Origin: Eubacteriales bacterium
Lineage (GTDB): Bacteria > Bacillota > Clostridia > Oscillospirales > CAG-272
Reading direction: 5' to 3'
DNA: 64,000 bases
Assembly: GCA_045124505.1 (NCBI GenBank)
Contig: JBGVLZ010000039.1
Span: forward strand, 23,110-87,109
Numbering within the stretch: the first letter of the stretch is position 1; every line of letters begins with the position of its first letter. The position numbers were made by a program, and so were the translations under genes. Below are positions 53,957 through 62,373 of this stretch, piece by piece. A model generated the notes under the pieces. The model had not been told where the DNA came from. It ran no database searches and saw only the letters and a program-made list of their open reading frames with translations.

Positions 53957-53976
53957 GACACCTTCGGCGTCCCTAC
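53957..53976 (-). repeat. REP-like unit (GTAGGG + hairpin)
   Basis: Minus strand GTAGGG-ACGCC-GAA-GGTGTC. Confidence 0.6.
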
Positions 53977-53984
53977 CGCCTATA

Positions 53985-54058
53985 TTTCCGCAAGGAAATA
54001 TGCGCCCAACGTCCGCAGGCGATTCGTATACGAACCGTGGAGGGTGCGGACAGGGCGC
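53985..54058 (+). repeat. nested-palindrome repeat, copy C
   Basis: TTTCC-GCAA-GGAAA, then TAT, then GCGCCC..GTCCGCA..[GATTCG-TATA-CGAACC]..TGCGGAC-AGGGCGC. Confidence 0.8.
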
Positions 54059-54339
54059 AACCGATAATACACGTAAATCCGCTTCACGTAAATGTGGGGC
54101 AGGCACGGGGTGCTTGATTTAAATATATCGTTTTATATTATAATTTTTGAAGACAAAAATCGTTATTGTGCAAATAATTTCCGTTTAAAGTACCATTTTT
54201 CGCACCCATGTTTTTACATATTTTAAAAACTGTATACAGAAGTATTAGGGATTGCTGTATCATTATTTATTTTTTTCTGATAGAATGTTATGGTAAGACT
54301 ATAAAAAGATCTCAATACACGAAAGGTGATAATTTATCA

Positions 54340-57324
54340 ATGCTTGAGCTTAAGAAAATAAAAAAGGACTATCCCGTTGGTGACGGTGTAGTTCATGCTC
54401 TTAAGGGTGTCAATCTGTGCTTCGGCAAAAGCGAGTTTGTTTCGATACTCGGTCCGTCCGGATGCGGTAAAACAACGCTTTTGAACATCATCGGCGGACT
54501 TGACGGATACACAGACGGCGACCTTATTATAAACGGAAGGTCAACAAAGGATTACAAGGACAGAGATTGGGACACCTACCGTAACCACTCAATAGGCTTT
54601 GTTTTTCAAAGCTACAACTTAATTCCGCACCAGTCTGTTTTACAGAACGTAGAGCTTGCTCTGTCGCTTTCCGGTGTCAGCAAATCTGAAAGACGTCAAA
54701 GGGCAAAAGATGCTTTAAAGCTCGTCGGGCTTGAATCGCAGTACAACAAAAAACCGGGTGAGATGTCAGGCGGTCAGATGCAGCGTGTGGCAATTGCAAG
54801 AGCCATTGTCAACAATCCCGACATAATTCTCGCTGACGAGCCGACGGGTGCGCTTGACACAGAAACAAGTCTTCAGGTAATGGAGATATTGAAAGAAATA
54901 TCAAAAGAACGTCTTGTTATAATGGTAACGCACAACCCTGAGCTTGCGGAAAAATATTCAACACGTATTATCCGTATGCTTGACGGTGAAATTATGGGCG
55001 ACTCCATGCCTGCAGAGCCTGAGCCCATACTTCCAAGCACAAACAAAGCCAAAAAAGAGAAAAAGCCTTCAATGTCATTCGCAACATCTTTTTCCCTTTC
55101 ACTGAAAAACCTTTTTACAAAAAAAGGAAGAACACTCCTTACATCATTTGCGGGAAGTATCGGTATTATCGGAATTGCTGTTATCCTTGCCATTTCGCAG
55201 GGTATGACCGCATATATTGACACGGTGCAGGAAGACACCCTTTCGTCTTATCCGCTTATGCTTGAAGCAAAACACATGGATTTAGGTACTATTCTTGAAA
55301 CATTTGCAGGAACAGCACAGTCCATAGAAAAGCACGATAACGATGCAGTGTATCAAAAGGCGATGATGTATGACCTGCTTAACGCTTTGAACAATATGGA
55401 AGAGTCCGAAAATGACCTCGCATCATTCAAAAAATATATTGAGGAAGAAAAAAGCAACGAAGAAAGCAAGCTGTACACATCGCTCAGCGGTGTGCAGTAT
55501 TCCTACGGACTTGACATGCTGATCTACACAAAAAGTGCTGACGGCGATATAATCCGTTCCGATTCTAACACAATAATGCAGGACCTCATGGTCGAGCTGT
55601 TCGGCATGGATATGTCAAACATGATGGGAATGTCATCATCGGGCGGCGGACTTATGTCTATGTCTCCCGGTGCAAGCATGTCAAATGTCACGATGTGGCA
55701 GGAAATGCTCCCCGGTGAAAACGGCAAACCTGTAAGTGAGCTTCTTGAAAAGCAATATGACGTTGTATACGGAAGCTGGCCTGACGAATACAACGAGGTC
55801 GTGCTCGTACTTGATGCATTCAATGAGCTTGATGACTTTACGCTCTATGCACTCGGTCTTAAACCGAAGTCCGACATAGATGCAATAATGGATTCGGTAA
55901 TAAACGGCACAGAGATCAATATAGAAAGCCGCAAATGGACATATGAAGAAATATGCTCCATGGAATACAAAACGATACTTAATTCAGACTGTTTCAAATA
56001 CGATGAAGCAACAAAAACTTACGTAGACCTCAGAGATACGGATACAGGCTTAAAATATCTGTACGACAACGGTGTAGCCCTTAAAGTTTCGGGTATTATC
56101 AAGCCTGCAGAAAAAGCAGTATCAACAATGCTTACAGGTTCCATAGGTTACACACATCTGCTTACAAAGCACATCGTGGAGCAGTCGGAAAAATCCGTCG
56201 CTATATCAACTCAGCTTCAAAACCCTACAATCGATATTTTCACGAATCTTCCCTTCAAGACCTCGTCCGGCAGTTTAACAGACGAAGTAAAAGAAAAGGA
56301 ATTCAGAGAATATATCAAATCGCTCGATGTAAATGAAAAGGCACAGGCATATATTGCAATCAAATCTATACCGAGCGATGAATTCATAGAAGCCGCCCTT
56401 GAGCAGGCACTTGGAATGATGACACCCGACGATATGAGAGAAGCACTTTCGCAGGCTTTCTCACAGCAGATGGGAATGGGCGGTATAGATATCGAACAGT
56501 ATCTTTCATTGATGTCCGATGAAGACATCAGCGAATATTTTGCGGAAATGATGAAAGAACAGCTTAAAATGAACTACGCTTCGGAAACCGCATCACGTCT
56601 TTCGCAAATGACGCCCGATCAGCTTGCAGCAGCACTCGACGGCGAATCTGCCGAATATACAACAGAAATGTGCGTGCTTTACTACGATGCGGTTTTGGAA
56701 TTTTCAAAGGCATCGTATGAAGAAAACCTCAAGAAGCTCGGCTATGTAGACCTTGAAAAGCCCTCTGCAATAAACCTTTATGCGGCTTCGTTCAACGATA
56801 AGGATATCATTGAAGAAGTGATTCAGTCATACAATGACGGAGTTGATGAGCTTTCAAAAATCAACTACACTGACTACGTCGGACTTCTTATGTCATCAGT
56901 CACAACGATAATTGACGCAATTGCATATGTGCTTATATCATTCGTTGCGGTATCACTTGTTGTATCGTCAATTATGATAGGTGTAATAACGCTTATATCA
57001 GTTCAGGAAAGAACGAAAGAGATCGGTATTTTGCGTGCCCTCGGCGCATCGAAAAAGAACGTTTCAAGAATGTTCAATGCTGAAACGATGATAATAGGCT
57101 TCACTTCAGGACTTTTAGGTGTGCTTATCACATACCTGCTTTGCATACCGATAGATATGATAATGCAGCATGTCAGCGGTATCAAGAGTCTTGAAACAGA
57201 ATTCCCGATACTTGCGGCAGTGTTCCTCGTTGTAATAAGTGTTGTATTTACGCTTGTTGCAGGTATCATACCTTCAAGAAGTGCGGCAAAAAAAGATCCT
57301 GTAGTCGCTTTGAGAACAGAATAA
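54340..57324 (+). CDS. fused ABC ATPase / FtsX-type permease (MacB-like) with a ~560-aa extracytoplasmic domain
   Basis: Start set to MLELKKIKKDY. Walker A GPSGCGKTT, signature LSGGQMQR, Walker B ILADEPT. One TM, a long extracellular region, then three C-terminal FtsX TM helices. Confidence 0.85.
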   Translation: MLELKKIKKDYPVGDGVVHALKGVNLCFGKSEFVSILGPSGCGKTTLLNIIGGLDGYTDGDLIINGRSTKDYKDRDWDTYRNHSIGFVFQSYNLIPHQSVLQNVELALSLSGVSKSERRQRAKDALKLVGLESQYNKKPGEMSGGQMQRVAIARAIVNNPDIILADEPTGALDTETSLQVMEILKEISKERLVIMVTHNPELAEKYSTRIIRMLDGEIMGDSMPAEPEPILPSTNKAKKEKKPSMSFATSFSLSLKNLFTKKGRTLLTSFAGSIGIIGIAVILAISQGMTAYIDTVQEDTLSSYPLMLEAKHMDLGTILETFAGTAQSIEKHDNDAVYQKAMMYDLLNALNNMEESENDLASFKKYIEEEKSNEESKLYTSLSGVQYSYGLDMLIYTKSADGDIIRSDSNTIMQDLMVELFGMDMSNMMGMSSSGGGLMSMSPGASMSNVTMWQEMLPGENGKPVSELLEKQYDVVYGSWPDEYNEVVLVLDAFNELDDFTLYALGLKPKSDIDAIMDSVINGTEINIESRKWTYEEICSMEYKTILNSDCFKYDEATKTYVDLRDTDTGLKYLYDNGVALKVSGIIKPAEKAVSTMLTGSIGYTHLLTKHIVEQSEKSVAISTQLQNPTIDIFTNLPFKTSSGSLTDEVKEKEFREYIKSLDVNEKAQAYIAIKSIPSDEFIEAALEQALGMMTPDDMREALSQAFSQQMGMGGIDIEQYLSLMSDEDISEYFAEMMKEQLKMNYASETASRLSQMTPDQLAAALDGESAEYTTEMCVLYYDAVLEFSKASYEENLKKLGYVDLEKPSAINLYAASFNDKDIIEEVIQSYNDGVDELSKINYTDYVGLLMSSVTTIIDAIAYVLISFVAVSLVVSSIMIGVITLISVQERTKEIGILRALGASKKNVSRMFNAETMIIGFTSGLLGVLITYLLCIPIDMIMQHVSGIKSLETEFPILAAVFLVVISVVFTLVAGIIPSRSAAKKDPVVALRTE

Positions 57325-57341
57325 TTACAATTCAAATTATA

Positions 57342-57386
57342 AAAAAACGGATACTCTTTACTTAAAGTATTGAGTATCCGTTTTAA
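57342..57386. terminator. bidirectional terminator between convergent genes
   Basis: AAAACGGATACTC...GAGTATCCGTTTT. Confidence 0.8.
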
Positions 57387-59507
57387 TTATACAAATCTTT
57401 GTGCATAACCGCACCGTCGGCAAAGCTCCTCCGAAGCTTTACCGCATTTAAAGCTTTCGACCATATTTACAGCTCTTTTGGAATTAAGAATGGCTGTTAT
57501 ATCATCGGTAAATATATTGCCGAGGTGTATGACACCGTCACTGTCAAGACAGCACGGCACTACAGTTCCGTCACAAAGAATACCGAATTGATCTTTCAGT
57601 CCGTAACAGAAAAACTTGTCGCCTTTGATGTCTGCATTGATATCAGGCCACTCAAAACGCTCACCCCATTCAAGATAGATCTTATCCCGTATCTTTACGC
57701 CGCGGGTGTTTTCTTTCCATTCGCCGGATATATTTTCTTTGAGCAGCTGCAGCGATATATCATTTTTGCCATCGTCACACCCCTTGTTCCAAAGGCGGAA
57801 AACAACGATAGTTCCCTGTTCTGCCGCAGCTTTTGCAAACTCCGCAAGCTCATATACATACCTTTTATGAGCATCTTCAGTTCCGTTTTCAAAACTGTGC
57901 AAGGATATATTCACTTTATGTAAGCCTGCTTTTAAAAGCTCTTTTTTCCGCTTATTCAAAAGCGTGCCGTTTGTGGTTATGATCGACTTAAAGCCTCTTT
58001 TCCCTGCTGTTTTAATGAATTCTGGAAGCAGAGGATGTGTCAGCGGCTCTCCCATCAAATGATAATAAATATATTCCGTCTGTCCTTTTAATTTGTCAAG
58101 AACAAGGGTAAACTCGTTAATACTCATTTGCCTTTTTTCCCTCTTGTGTCCGTGACAAAACGAACAGCTCATATTACATATATTGGTAATTTCTATATAT
58201 ACCTTTCTGTACACGTTTTCCTCTTTGTTATTTATTCGCCTTTGTCGCACGGGAATTTTTGTATCGCACAAGGTGTAACGCTCACCGCCGAGGATATCGA
58301 CCGGTATATCAAAGCTTCTCAGCTGTTCGGCAAAAGCATTAACGTAAAGATCTCCTTTTCCGCTTTGCATAAAGTTTATTGTAAAATCCTCACCTATAGT
58401 CATAACCTCGATGAGAAGCATGTCTTTGGTATTCTTTTCGCCGATATACGCATGGAGATCCTCAACATATTTATCAAGTCCGCACCAATCCATCTTGCCG
58501 ACATAGCTTATTCCGAATGTTTTTCCGCGGATACTGTCCTCAACGTATTGCCGCATAAGCCGTTCTTTTTCTTCAAGACTCGTTTCGTCACCGTCAGGGA
58601 AAACGGTCAGCAAACGGTTTACCGCATTCAGATCCGCCTCTTTTTCGCTTCCGAGGATCACTTGACCTCTTATCACGGTATTCTGCCGTTCAACGTGCCA
58701 TTCCTTTGCTTTTGCGGAAAGCGTTACGGGAATGTAGCTTACCAAGCTGTGTCGGTTAACAGGTGCTTTCAATGCTGAACGGTATTGATGCTGCACGTGC
58801 CCGACTATCGGCTGATCTATACCGTCATCAAGCAAACAAAGCGCACGGTACAGCATTACAGATAAAAACGAGACCGGGCTTCCGTCTGAGGGATTCGCCT
58901 TCGCCATCATGGCTTTTTGCGGAATGTGCAGATGATATGCGTAAAGTCCTTCACTGTCAAATTCATTCGGATTTAAGCTGTATGGTACGCATGACGTCTT
59001 TTTCATAGGCAGTAATGAATCGATCTCTACAGGCTTATCAAAAAAAGGATATTCATATTCTTCTTTCATAACGGGATCGCTCGGCATATTGATCCTATCA
59101 CAGCTCAATCCATCCGCACCGTACAGCTCTGACACATAAAGATACAGGACCGTTTTCAACAACGGATCGATGCCCATGCCGTCGGCTATATAATGGCTGG
59201 CGTGCAGAAATATCTTTTTTTCTTCACATCCGAATGCAAGCAAATGTCCGCAGCTTTCCTCTGTGCCAAGAACCACACAGCGTCCGTCATTGAATACAGG
59301 CACAGGTCTTTCGTTGTGTGTAAGAATTATACTGTTTCCGCATTTTTCGGGATATACGCTGAAATAAGGATACCGTTTCATAGCCTTTGCAACGGCACGG
59401 CAAAGCGTTTCATGCTCGACACAATACCGCATGGTAATGGCAAGCTTGAAGCTGCTGAAAAAATCTTCGTTAGCGCCGTATAAAAGCGGATTGGGTTTAA
59501 AATTCAT
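57387..59507 (-). CDS. fusion protein: N-terminal HxxxDG acyltransferase/condensation-like domain + C-terminal radical-SAM/SPASM domain
   Basis: HASHYIADGMG near residue 105. CNMSCSFC (CX3CX2C) near residue 445. SPASM-type Cys clusters CYGLKDQFGILCDGTVVPCC and CRRCGY. One uninterrupted 706-codon frame. Confidence 0.7.
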   Translation of the reverse strand: MNFKPNPLLYGANEDFFSSFKLAITMRYCVEHETLCRAVAKAMKRYPYFSVYPEKCGNSIILTHNERPVPVFNDGRCVVLGTEESCGHLLAFGCEEKKIFLHASHYIADGMGIDPLLKTVLYLYVSELYGADGLSCDRINMPSDPVMKEEYEYPFFDKPVEIDSLLPMKKTSCVPYSLNPNEFDSEGLYAYHLHIPQKAMMAKANPSDGSPVSFLSVMLYRALCLLDDGIDQPIVGHVQHQYRSALKAPVNRHSLVSYIPVTLSAKAKEWHVERQNTVIRGQVILGSEKEADLNAVNRLLTVFPDGDETSLEEKERLMRQYVEDSIRGKTFGISYVGKMDWCGLDKYVEDLHAYIGEKNTKDMLLIEVMTIGEDFTINFMQSGKGDLYVNAFAEQLRSFDIPVDILGGERYTLCDTKIPVRQRRINNKEENVYRKVYIEITNICNMSCSFCHGHKREKRQMSINEFTLVLDKLKGQTEYIYYHLMGEPLTHPLLPEFIKTAGKRGFKSIITTNGTLLNKRKKELLKAGLHKVNISLHSFENGTEDAHKRYVYELAEFAKAAAEQGTIVVFRLWNKGCDDGKNDISLQLLKENISGEWKENTRGVKIRDKIYLEWGERFEWPDINADIKGDKFFCYGLKDQFGILCDGTVVPCCLDSDGVIHLGNIFTDDITAILNSKRAVNMVESFKCGKASEELCRRCGYAQRFV

Positions 59508-59589
59508 AAAAAACTCCGTTTGTATTATTGTTCATCCGTCTATTTCGTATTTCAAATCACTATTGAAATACAGCTTTCGTTCACCGCTC

Positions 59590-59618
59590 ATTATAACATA
59601 AATGCATTGTTTTTGCAA
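59590..59618 (-). promoter_or_regulatory. promoter of the fusion gene
   Basis: Minus strand TTGCAA-17 nt-TATAAT; ~85-nt leader containing the ATTTCAA/TTGAAAT hairpin. Confidence 0.55.
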
Positions 59619-59862
59619 GTGATTTATTAAGGCTATCATTTAGCTGATCGTGATATATCATTTTTCAGCCGTTTTCTTGTTAAGCTTCTTAATTCAACTG
59701 TAAAGGTGTTGCGCCCTTTCCATTCGGACCGTACACTCGGTTTGTTCTGTTTTTACCAATCCAAGATTATTACAAATATGAAGTAATTTCTTGTTTGATA
59801 TATTTATCAATCCGTTTTAACGCTTCTTCCGCATCAAACTCATAGAAGGGAGCAGAGTGGTT

Positions 59863-60627
59863 TTACCTTAAACCAAGGCTAACTGCTAATTCGTCAAGAT
59901 AATCTATATGCCCGTGGTTTGCACCATACAGAGTAACATAACCGTCTTTTTCAGCAGTGATGTCTTGTCCCATAAAAACGACACGTTCACCCTTTTTTAA
60001 ATACTCCTTGCGTCCGTTTTTTAATTCGTTATTGTATTCATCTACAGCAGATTGATAATATTCGTCAAATGATTTTTTTGCCTTTTCAAGATCCCCAAAA
60101 TGACCGTAAATCATACATTCTTCTAATAAAATCTGATGATAGAAAATCGTGTCAAACAATGGATAATCCTTGCGATGTGCCAAAATTGCCTCTCTGCTGT
60201 TTAAAACGTCAAGGGTAGGAATGACAACTTCTTCAATTTCTTTTATTATACTTTTAGATATTTTATTTGCATCTTTGCGAAGGTCATACCACGTTTCCAT
60301 TCCACCGCTTACAGTTCCGAGTTGCGACCTGATAGTACACTCATACTCGTGATAATATTTTTTGTCATTGATTGGATTAAAGGCTCTTTCTGTGCATTCC
60401 GGAATGCGAATGCCTATGTTTACACAAAAAGACTTTTTCATCCCCCATTTGGGTAGAGAACTTTGAAAATTGATTACTTGAGAGATGTCACCCGAAACGA
60501 AGCGATGGAGTGTTCTACCGTGTTTTTTGAATTCGTGCGGCTTCAGCGCCGCATAAACCGATGCTTCAATTTCATCAATTGTTTTTGTAGTGTTTATATC
60601 CTTTTGTTTTTTGAAAATATAAAACAT
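59863..60627 (-). CDS. hypothetical protein (DUF4304-like by recollection)
   Basis: Start set to MFYIFKKQ (GAAGGTG SD). The longer track start lies inside the TCATAAC repeat array. Confidence 0.45.
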   Translation of the reverse strand: MFYIFKKQKDINTTKTIDEIEASVYAALKPHEFKKHGRTLHRFVSGDISQVINFQSSLPKWGMKKSFCVNIGIRIPECTERAFNPINDKKYYHEYECTIRSQLGTVSGGMETWYDLRKDANKISKSIIKEIEEVVIPTLDVLNSREAILAHRKDYPLFDTIFYHQILLEECMIYGHFGDLEKAKKSFDEYYQSAVDEYNNELKNGRKEYLKKGERVVFMGQDITAEKDGYVTLYGANHGHIDYLDELAVSLGLR

Positions 60628-60696
60628 ATAGCACCTTCTGTTTATCTCGTTACAACCATTTGCAACTATTCCTTTTGCAAATCTCTTAAAAATATA

Positions 60697-60932
60697 CTTG
60701 GCGAAGCCAATCATAACTTGCCGCAGGTAATCATAACTGATAACTCGTTTCGCAGATTGGGAAATGAGAAGTTATGAGTTTAGAGTTATAAATTTGGCTC
60801 CGCCAAATGTTATGATATGATTGCCTATTAAAAGACAGTTTTGCCTTAAGGCAAATCATAACACGGCGGAGCCGTTCATAACTTATAACTTGCCCAAAGG
60901 GCAATCATAGTTGATTTTGCTTTGCAAAATCA
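60697..60932. repeat. array of the 7-mer TCATAAC (and its complement GTTATGA) alternating with short variable hairpins
   Basis: TCATAAC at 60711, 60731, 60856 and 60876 (variants TGATAAC, TTATAAC, TCATAG). GTTATGA at 60771 and 60808. Hairpins: TTGGC-GAA-GCCAA, TTGCC-GCA-GGTAA, ATTTGGC-TCC-GCCAAAT, TTGCC-TTAA-GGCAA, ACGGC-GGA-GCCGT, TTGCCC-AAA-GGGCAA, TGATTTTGC-TTT-GCAAAATCA. Confidence 0.75.
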
Positions 60933-61165
60933 TTCCCACTCTTCTTATGAAGCTTAACTTAACACATTTCGTTTAGTGATTATTGCTTCGTATCCTCTTG
61001 ATTATCTAATGTATTCGTATTATCCTGACTTAAAAAGCTCCTATTATCATTTTGTTATCGAGGTTGATAACAAGAATAGTAACATCGTGGATAATAACAA
61101 GTGGTATATAGGTATTATAAACGATTTTTCCTTAAATTTCAAGGTTTTCAGCTAAGTTTACGTTT

Positions 61166-61495
61166 TTACTCAATATCCACACCCAAATATGACAGTTCTC
61201 GCATCAGTTCCCACTCTTCAGCCGCCGGTGCGATTTCAAAGAAAATCTCGTTAGTGAATTTTGCTTTGTCTGCTACGGGATACGGGAAATAGTCAAACTG
61301 TACGGATGCGTGGATTTTACCGCTATACTCATATTTGCCGAGCAAGAGATTTAACAGTGTTGTTTTTCCTCTGCCGTTTCTTCCTACAAAGCCAAGTTTC
61401 CAATCTGTATCAATTTGAAAATTGATATTTTCAAAGATATTGTCGTAGCTGGTGTGGTAGGAAAATGTAAGGTTTTCTATTTTTATCATTGACAT
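61166..61495 (-). pseudogene. N-terminal fragment (109 codons) of an ABC-F ribosomal-protection-type ATPase (Lsa-like)
   Basis: MSMIKIENLTFSY...GFVGRNGRGKTTLLNLL Walker A. The frame ends after GVDIE and no ABC-F-like coding continues downstream; full-length proteins are about 490-550 aa. Confidence 0.7.
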
Positions 61496-61905
61496 ATATA
61501 AAATTCTCCTTTGTATGTTGTAGTTGATACAAAGTCGGTGTCACGGTGACAATTTACTCCGTATGAGTCCCACCGGACTACACCGACATCACACGGAGAA
61601 AAATATGTGTAACAACCATTTCTGCGGTATTCATCACAGATTTCACTTCCTTTCACAAAAAAATAAGAGCCGCAAGAAAGTCGATTCTTGCAGCTCGTCA
61701 TAGCATAATTACACCACCATACAAAGTGGCAAAAGCACTATATAGAGATAAAGAGACTTATAACTTTCTTGCAATAGGTGCAACAATACCATCAAAAATG
61801 GCACTATCGCATATTCCGATTTTATTTGCAAGAAAAGTTAATCATCTTTCCACCTCTTTAATTTTAATTTATTCGTATTATATCACAAAACACAGAGAAA
61901 TGCAA
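61496..61905 (-). promoter_or_regulatory. promoter plus leader-peptide transcription attenuator of the ABC-F gene
   Basis: TTGCAT-17-TGaTATAAT (61877-61905). Four alternative pairing segments: TTTTCTTGCAA (61826-61836), ATTGCAAGAAAG (61764-61775), GCTGCAAGAA (61685-61694), TTTCTTGCGGC (61669-61679), then a U-run (61657-61668). Confidence 0.7.
61822..61845 (-). CDS. 7-codon leader peptide MINFSCK
   Basis: AGAGGTGGA SD, 3-4 nt spacing, ATG..TAA. Its 3' half forms segment 1 of the attenuator. Confidence 0.55.
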   Translation of the reverse strand: MINFSCK

Positions 61906-61921
61906 TATATAGATTATTATA

Positions 61922-61995
61922 AAACGGCGGCAAGGAGATAATTCACTCCCTGCCGCCGTTAACATTATGCGAATATCAATTTTGCTTATTGACAA
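61922..61995 (-). repeat. orphan copy of the tnpV 3' end plus its terminator hairpin
   Basis: About 85% identical by eye to 62826-62896, including the sequence TTATGCGAATATCAATT. Confidence 0.7.
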
Positions 61996-62373
61996 TTATC
62001 TCGTCAACCTTTCAAGTGCCTCATCCTGCGTAGCAACAAAGAACACATCCTTGCCTTTATTACTCTCGTAAATAAAATCCTTCAGCGGCTTGCTTGTATA
62101 GTGAGAATAATCTCCGAAGATGGCGAGTTTTGCTTGATAGGTGATGAATTTTTCGAGCATCTCGCCCGCAAGACCTCGACTAAGGATAAAGAAGTCATCG
62201 GCTACGGCACTTTTTTCAATGGCAATCAGATTTGTGCCTACCTCATATTTAGCGGTCATAATGAGGTCAAGTGCCGATTGCACATCGGTCAATACTTTTT
62301 CAGCTCCCGTGATCACGGCAACCGTTTTTTCATTTCTTATAAATTTCTCAACATTCATTTTCTGTTTCTCCAT
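61996..62373 (-). CDS. DUF4180-domain protein
   Basis: 125 aa; resemblance to DUF4180 by recollection (LAIFGDYSHYTSKPLKDFIYESN). Confidence 0.55.
   Translation of the reverse strand: MEKQKMNVEKFIRNEKTVAVITGAEKVLTDVQSALDLIMTAKYEVGTNLIAIEKSAVADDFFILSRGLAGEMLEKFITYQAKLAIFGDYSHYTSKPLKDFIYESNKGKDVFFVATQDEALERLTR

Noticed and set aside
54208-54339. 44-codon upstream extension of the ABC ATPase/permease ORF
   Set aside because: ABC ATPase domains begin close to MLELKKIKKDY. The extension is hydrophobic, low-complexity and AT-rich leader sequence.
60933-61165. Possible terminal inverted repeat or coding remnant in the AT-rich stretch after the truncated ABC-F gene (for example GTTATC-AACCTC-GATAAC)
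   Set aside because: Only short hairpins are present, with no matching partner repeat elsewhere in the window and no open frame. The evidence is insufficient to call an IS end.
61486-61701. 71-aa ORF spanning the ABC-F leader
   Set aside because: It has no SD and runs through the terminator and antiterminator stems. The short SD-preceded MINFSCK ORF fits the attenuator logic better.
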